Positions 58,434-64,000 of a stretch of DNA of 64,000 nt are shown here, piece after piece. Under the pieces are notes generated by a model, which was not told the origin of the DNA, ran no database searches, and saw nothing but the letters and a program-made list of their open reading frames with translations. Position 1 is the first letter of the stretch. Each line of letters starts with the position of its first letter. The position numbers were made by a program, and so were the translations under genes. Source of the stretch: a virus (Duplodnaviria; Caudoviricetes); IMG/VR virus record IMGVR_UViG_3300031992_000029, positions 73,482 to 137,481 of that record; one strand, 5' to 3'.

Positions 58434-58684
58434 TTGAATTCCTCCAATAATTCACAGAGCCCTGTAGGTTCTATGTTCTCATCTTCCTCTTCATGATCAA
58501 ATGGGACAATCCATTCAATGGGCCAAAGTAATCCGCCGGTCCCTAGGATTTTTGCAATGCATTTTTCATGTCCATCAAACCCGACTAAATCTACTATCTT
58601 TCCAACTTCGTAGTTAAACTTATAGTAATCAGCATTTTTCCATCTCTCAGGAATGCGGATCTGTACGATATCTCCGATTTCCAT
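58430..58684 (-). CDS. KOW/SH3-like protein with acidic tail (dispersed)
   Basis: MEIGDIVQI...LWPIEWI...ENIEPTGLCELL. Confidence 0.78.
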   Translation of the reverse strand: MEIGDIVQIRIPERWKNADYYKFNYEVGKIVDLVGFDGHEKCIAKILGTGGLLWPIEWIVPFDHEEEDENIEPTGLCELLEEFK

Positions 58685-58694
58685 AACGCACCTC

Positions 58695-58940
58695 TCAAAA
58701 GATGGAAAGCGCAGTCGAGTACAACTGTGTGAGCTCGTCAAACGTGCTCCATTCGTCATACCTTCCTACATCCAGAACGTATTTCCCGGGGCCATATATT
58801 CCCTCGCAGGGAACCCCGGCTATATATGCCGCGTCGATAAATTCTTTTGCTGCGGCTTCTGTTTCGATATTTACAAAAGCCGCATTTTGTACGTCGTGCG
58901 TCTGGATTCCCGCACGATTGTACATGATGACGCCGGTCAT
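58695..58940 (-). CDS. Hypothetical protein
   Basis: PCEGIYGPGKY resembles PVEGIGDTGKY in 57837-58433. Confidence 0.6.
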   Translation of the reverse strand: MTGVIMYNRAGIQTHDVQNAAFVNIETEAAAKEFIDAAYIAGVPCEGIYGPGKYVLDVGRYDEWSTFDELTQLYSTALSIF

Positions 58941-59269
58941 GATCCTTCTTCCTCACGAAGCGCCTTTTCAACAAAGGACATCGCATATTTGAAGCCATTG
59001 CGGAAGTATTCATCGACACGGATTTCCTGGTACTCTTTTTTCATCTCTTCGTAGAGCAGAGCGATCGGGCTTGCCTCTGATCCCGCCTTTGGAGTGGATT
59101 CCTTTGAGAGGATTTTTTTGTAGAGCAGAGCAAGCGTTCTTGTTTCTGATTCTGATTTCGGAATAGATGCCTTTGAGAGGAATGCTTCGTGATCTTCACA
59201 TTCGCTCTGATAATCGAACATACTTCCGTCCGATGCCTGCCATGCCTTTACGTCGCTTAAATACTTCAT
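58937..59269 (-). CDS. Hypothetical protein
   Basis: ASDGSMF..QSECEDHE motif. Confidence 0.65.
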   Translation of the reverse strand: MKYLSDVKAWQASDGSMFDYQSECEDHEAFLSKASIPKSESETRTLALLYKKILSKESTPKAGSEASPIALLYEEMKKEYQEIRVDEYFRNGFKYAMSFVEKALREEEGS

Positions 59270-59505
59270 GTTCCCTCTTTTCCGTGCGTTATATACGCAC
59301 TACATAGTACTGCCTGCTAGTTGTTTTTACGGCGATTGCCGTCGTACCGGGTCTACCGGTTATAAAAAGACCGCCTACCTTTGCGGTGAAGCGGCCTATT
59401 TCCTGATCATTATGAAATTTTACTTTGGTATCGAGCCTTGCGGCTTTCAGGTACCCGTTGACATACCCCTTAAATTCTCCAAAGGTCATTTCGTATTCCC
59501 CCTTC

Positions 59506-59829
59506 TTAGATGACCTTTATTTCCCCCGCAGCCATGAGCTCCATTTTCATGAGCTCATACCGGAATTCCTGATCTGCAATGCGGATCAGACGAAGAGCCT
59601 CGCGGTATTCCTCGCCGGTACACTGACCGAATTTCACCGCCGCCCTCATTGTTGTAACGATATCCTGACTATCGGTATCGTTATACTCAAACATTGCGTT
59701 GATGCCGGACTTCCCGGATGCAATGAGGCGACCGTTTTCCTGCCTTACGTCCTCGACCCATTTCCAGTAGTCGAGTACTGCTTTACGGACAAATGCCCAG
59801 AACTGTGTGTTATTGTAAGCCATCACCAT
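59506..59829 (-). CDS. Hypothetical protein
   Basis: ORF in a contiguous operon. Confidence 0.6.
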   Translation of the reverse strand: MVMAYNNTQFWAFVRKAVLDYWKWVEDVRQENGRLIASGKSGINAMFEYNDTDSQDIVTTMRAAVKFGQCTGEEYREALRLIRIADQEFRYELMKMELMAAGEIKVI

Positions 59830-60678
59830 TCCTCCTCATCATCATTGTCATCGTCGTCTTCGTATTCTTCCTCTTCCATGGGGTCTGTTACCGGATAGTC
59901 GACAGTCCAGCTGTCTTCATATTCCGTTCTCCAGCACCCCGGGAAGTCGTCCCAGTATTCCCGGCCAGTCGCATGTACAAGGCCGAATCCAGAGCTGTCA
60001 GCTCTATCGAACGGCATGGGGCCGTTCATATACCTGATTCTGACTAATGGCTCCATATAGTTTTCCCTCCTTTTTTGGAACCTTTGTTGATAACTACATA
60101 CCAAAGCACCCCGACTGATTCCGTGCCCAGCCGGGATGCCTTAATCCGTATTTATGCGTAAACCATTTCGAGGATGTCGCCTCTGATCATTTCGGCTACA
60201 TCCAGAAATTCCCCGAATTCCTCAAGCGTCAACACATGTGCTGTGCAGAGGAATTCTGCAAGAATTTTTATCTTCTCAGGCAGAAATGTCAGGTATAATG
60301 ACGGGTCTTCCGACCTCATTACGCAACCCGATTCAAACTGGATTTCCTGTAACATCAGTTTTCTTAAATCCATATTTATCCCTCCTGCACCTCACGGATT
60401 ACCGCGAGGATTTTATCTGTAGCATGTCCGAGCCCGATTTCCTCGCAGACAGAGGAAAATTCCCGGTCTGTACGGGCGTCGGATGCCCAGTCATTAAAGT
60501 CTTTCTGCTTCATTTTGAAGCAGGCTGCGACCGTAAGGTCAAAGTTGTAGTAGTTGCCATTCCCAGATTCGATGAAAAATCGAGGATAACCGTAGCTGAT
60601 CTTCGAAAACTGGATGTTGATGATATACCGGAGGCCATTTTCCCGGGTAAAAAGGTATACTTTATCCATATTCCCTCC

Positions 60679-61101
60679 TTACCTGTTCAACATCTTATAG
60701 ATGTTTTCCGGGGAAAATTCCACCGGCTCCTCGAACCAGTCAAATCCCCAGTCCGTACCGATGCTCGGATCGTCTGGATCACGGTCAAGGACCTCACAGT
60801 GGTTATAGCTGTATGGCGGGATATTCCCGTTTGTGATGTATGTTGCAAATTCGATTACGTCTCTTTTCCACGATTCCCTGTCGTACATAATGCGGGTAAA
60901 TTCCCCGCCGTCAGCCTCAAAGCTGAGACTGAGCATTATGGCTGCCACATTGACAGATGTGTAACCTTCCTGTTCCATGAACTCGATTGCTTTTTCCCGG
61001 ATTTCCTTGCCATCGGGCATAGGGATTGTCGTGTAGTCTTCAAGAAAGCGTTCCACCTGCTCGAAGACGTTTTCCAGAATCTCATTGATAATTTTTTCCA
61101 T
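60679..61101 (-). CDS. Hypothetical protein
   Basis: ORF with RBS. Confidence 0.6.
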   Translation of the reverse strand: MEKIINEILENVFEQVERFLEDYTTIPMPDGKEIREKAIEFMEQEGYTSVNVAAIMLSLSFEADGGEFTRIMYDRESWKRDVIEFATYITNGNIPPYSYNHCEVLDRDPDDPSIGTDWGFDWFEEPVEFSPENIYKMLNR

Positions 61102-61119
61102 GTTTCCCTCTCTTTCTCG

Positions 61120-62645
61120 TTTTCCCGCATATTCGCCAAAACCCCGGGGAAATGACCCCGGGGCTGGCTATAAAAGAGGGAAAACAAAACCGATTTATAA
61201 TTCCGCACAATTAGCATACGCAAAAGCGTAAGTTCCCGACACCGCCACGGGGAGGCTTGTGCATGGTGTCATGTGGCTGGTACTGTCCGAGATTCCTAGG
61301 AGCACAGTTGGTCTTCCCAAATTCCTGCTATTAACGGGGAGCGCTATCCTACTTTGCGCATTCCGGTTGCGCTTTCGGAGACCCCAGCAGCTGTGCATCT
61401 CGGAGTATTCCCAGCCATAATTTGTCGTTTCATGGCTGATTCTCCTTCCTATAATAAAATTCCCCGATACACGACCGTCCTAGACGGCTCCTGCATCCGC
61501 TGATGGGTCGGGTAGCTAATCCGACCCAAAACCACCACCTCTCGGGGATACCCGATTTCGAGAATCGACTTGATCAGAGTCAAATTCCCGCATGTCAGGA
61601 TTTTGCACACGCAGATACTTCCTTTTCGGTCCGCGACGTCTCGCGCCTACTTCGTGCCACCCTTTCCTCCTCTCTGCGTTGCATGTTTCAAATTCCTCAC
61701 ACCATCAGCTTTCGAACACAGGCGCCCGTCCGCATGAGCTCGGAACATTAGACGATTAGTTTCGGCATAAGCCTACTTATAACACCGCCACGTAAAGGCT
61801 CGTCTGTGGTGTCGTGAGCGGGAAATTCCCGCATAGCCTGTTTATTGCACGGGGACACCGGCTAGCGTGAGATCGTCGACTATCTCAAATTCCTCGGGAG
61901 CGCCCATGGTCGCATTGTTTTCCCGGGATTGCTAGATGCAGTGTCGGTTGATTAAATTCCCCGGTTGCCACACCGGGATCAGGCTATTTCGCTGATTGGC
62001 AGTCAGCGAGTGGTTTTACTTCCGACACGAAATTCCCGCATGAGGAAATTCCGCTTTATATTTAGATGGCGTCGGAAGATAGCGCCATGCGTGTGTATTT
62101 AGTTGGCCCACACGCTAGCACATTGGGGTTGCGATATTCCCCTATATCCGGGGACGGGCTTAAATTCCCGCATGAAACCATGAGTGTTCATGGGCTCATA
62201 CCGGAGCTTAGGCTCCGAATGTTTTGAGATCGTCAATGTTGATGATTTCAAAACTGCAATGGAATGAGTTTTCTTCGAAGTAATACTCAATACAATTTCC
62301 GTCATCCGTGATTTCAGGATTACCATTAAGGCACTCCTCTTCACGAATTTCGGGAATATGCACATCGTTAATGTAATTCCTGACCGCATCAGCGGTCTCG
62401 AATTTCATCATGATGAGCTTTGAGTAGTCAGTCGATTCAGCATCCCATCCCCATTGTGAATAATACACAATGTACATAATGCTCTCCTCCAAACTGAAAT
62501 TCCCGCATATGCGAAAAATGAAATTCCCGCATAGCATGTTAACAGGAACTGAAATTCCCGCATGAGCCCAGGACGTTGAATATTCCTGGGCTCAGGTCGA
62601 AACTTAAATTCCCGGATAGCAGGCGGGAGCTGGAATTCCCGCCTG
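61120..62645. repeat. Dense cluster of co-oriented AAATTCCCGCAT-like motifs
   Basis: Exact or near copies at about 61582, 61823, 62030, 62162, 62497, 62521, 62552, plus more degenerate ones. Confidence 0.75.
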
Positions 62646-62680
62646 CTTTGTGGTTGATGCAATATCGGATCAGGGCCAGG

Positions 62681-63547
62681 TCACTTCTTGACGACCTTGA
62701 ACTCGACGTCATAGCTCTTGCCGGTGATAAGTCTGTGGCAAATCTCCTGGAGATACCGGCGCATCAGATTGTGATTTGCGCAGGATACCTTTAATGCGCC
62801 CTTGCCCTTTTTGGTATAGATCATGTGGAGGTACTTAAGGTCGTGACTTACGGGCTTGTAGGCATCGCCGATCATCATCTGGATAACACCGGCCAGGGAC
62901 TTAAGCTCCTGTGTATTGGAAATGATGTTCTTTCCCTCATCCCACTGCTTTGCCATATCACGGATGGCGTAAGAATCATTGATCTCCTTGATTCTTTCCG
63001 GGGACACCCCGAGCTGTACAGCTCTGTCGAGTGTCATGAGCATGTTGAATTTTTCAACTGCAAGAGGCCAGCTTGTGTCATGACCAATTGTCTTGGAGCG
63101 CTTCTTGGCGTATTCCGCAAACTTCTTGAGATCAACCGGCTTTTTGCAGTCGTCGATTGTCATTGTCCTGGTACCGGCATCATTGTCCTCCGTGATGGAG
63201 GACTTGATAGCGTCAAAATCCAGGAGCTCGCATGCCTTGACCATGGGATCTTCTGCCTCAAGGCAGATGTCGAAGCAAATCATCCTGGCATACTTGAGAT
63301 GATCCTTGATAGCCTCATCTACTGCGGTCTCGATAGCCTTGATGTCATCGACGGGCTTATTCTCAAGGTTCGCCTCATTCCACTCGGACGCCTTTGTCTC
63401 AGCCTTATCCCTGGCTTCAGCCATTTTTGCATTCATTTCTTCTCTTGTCATGATTATCTCTCCTTTCTTGACAATAGACTTGTAGATAGTTGGTGCTAAC
63501 GGCACCCCTATGCTCAAAATGTTGCCATTATGGGCATAAGGCTGCAT
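62681..63547 (-). CDS. Hypothetical protein (start probably MTREEM)
   Basis: Long ORF, RBS AAAGGAG before MTREE. Confidence 0.7.
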   Translation of the reverse strand: MQPYAHNGNILSIGVPLAPTIYKSIVKKGEIIMTREEMNAKMAEARDKAETKASEWNEANLENKPVDDIKAIETAVDEAIKDHLKYARMICFDICLEAEDPMVKACELLDFDAIKSSITEDNDAGTRTMTIDDCKKPVDLKKFAEYAKKRSKTIGHDTSWPLAVEKFNMLMTLDRAVQLGVSPERIKEINDSYAIRDMAKQWDEGKNIISNTQELKSLAGVIQMMIGDAYKPVSHDLKYLHMIYTKKGKGALKVSCANHNLMRRYLQEICHRLITGKSYDVEFKVVKK

Positions 63548-63893
63548 ATAGCAGACGTGGCCTGGCTTCCATCAGGCCACGTTCATACCCCATATAGGAG
63601 GCTTTCAGCACGATGACCGCATTAGCTCCTGGGAGCCTCCGCAATGTGTGGATCATCCTTGGATAATTTCACACTGGTCAATCGAACGTCCGGCCTTTGG
63701 TCCTATATGGATATATAGCCATATCTCACCCTGCGCGGGTTATGATCGTTCGTGCATTCCGAGGTATACCACCCAAGCCGGGGTTAGGACTACACCATGT
63801 CCTGTCAGCATTTTCACTATCTGCTTGACCGACGCCTTACCATTTATACTCATGGTAGGTAGAGTCGCATAAGCCAGGAGAGTGGCTTACGCT

Positions 63894-64000
63894 TGGAGCT
63901 TTCGCTCCCAGGGGAGACCGTTGGGAGTACACCCTGGCCTCCTGGTGGAGCTTTCGCTCCCAGGGGAGACCGTTGGGAGTACACCCTGGCCTCCTGGTGG
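63894..64000. repeat. 52-bp perfect tandem repeat (2 copies plus the start of a possible third, cut by the window edge)
   Basis: TGGAGCTTTCGCTCCCAGGGGAGACCGTTGGGAGTACACCCTGGCCTCCTGG x2. Confidence 0.9.

Noticed and set aside
47357-63499. Long plus-strand ORFs (47357-47998, 52222-53100, 54347-55249, 60238-61155, 62825-63499; also 10300-10980, 32580-33341)
   Set aside because: Antisense shadows of well-supported minus-strand genes, with no recognisable motifs.

Overview
64 kb of a large tailed-phage (or phage-plasmid/prophage) genome, probably infecting an anaerobic Bacillota host. Supporting evidence: strong GGAGG RBSs, consensus sigmaA promoters, a Cheo/LexA-type box and an SPbeta MrpR-like gene. 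Essentially all real genes are on the minus strand. Left part (1-18 kb): nucleotide metabolism and replication (intein-containing NrdD, glutaredoxin, PhoH, ClpP, dNMP kinase, ThyX-like, CW_7/C39 hydrolase, DnaE with a 5-nt interruption, primase, DnaB helicase, PD-(D/E)XK nuclease, SSB, ERF, HD). Middle (19-33 kb): tRNA cluster, aberrant tRNA-like RNAs, ECF S-component, MrpR-like/MazF module and NifS. The most striking region is 33.5-56 kb. (i) One retron-type reverse transcriptase (47282-48463) has SIX dispersed msr/msd-like non-coding RNAs. They share a covarying two-hairpin head (loop AGTTGTAAAC), a putative branching G and flanking a1/a2 inverted repeats, but each carries a different template region. 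(ii) A tandem array of about 32 small paralogous KOW/SH3-like proteins with a shared acidic-hydrophobic C-terminal tail starts at the RT stop codon. (iii) Just upstream lies a ubiquitin-like conjugation module (E1/ThiF, JAB, E2-like, three Ubl genes whose Ubl domain ends in KADNA rather than GG). The right end is more GC-rich, with dense AAATTCCCGCAT repeats and a 52-bp tandem repeat. All family calls come from motif recognition by eye; no database searches were run.
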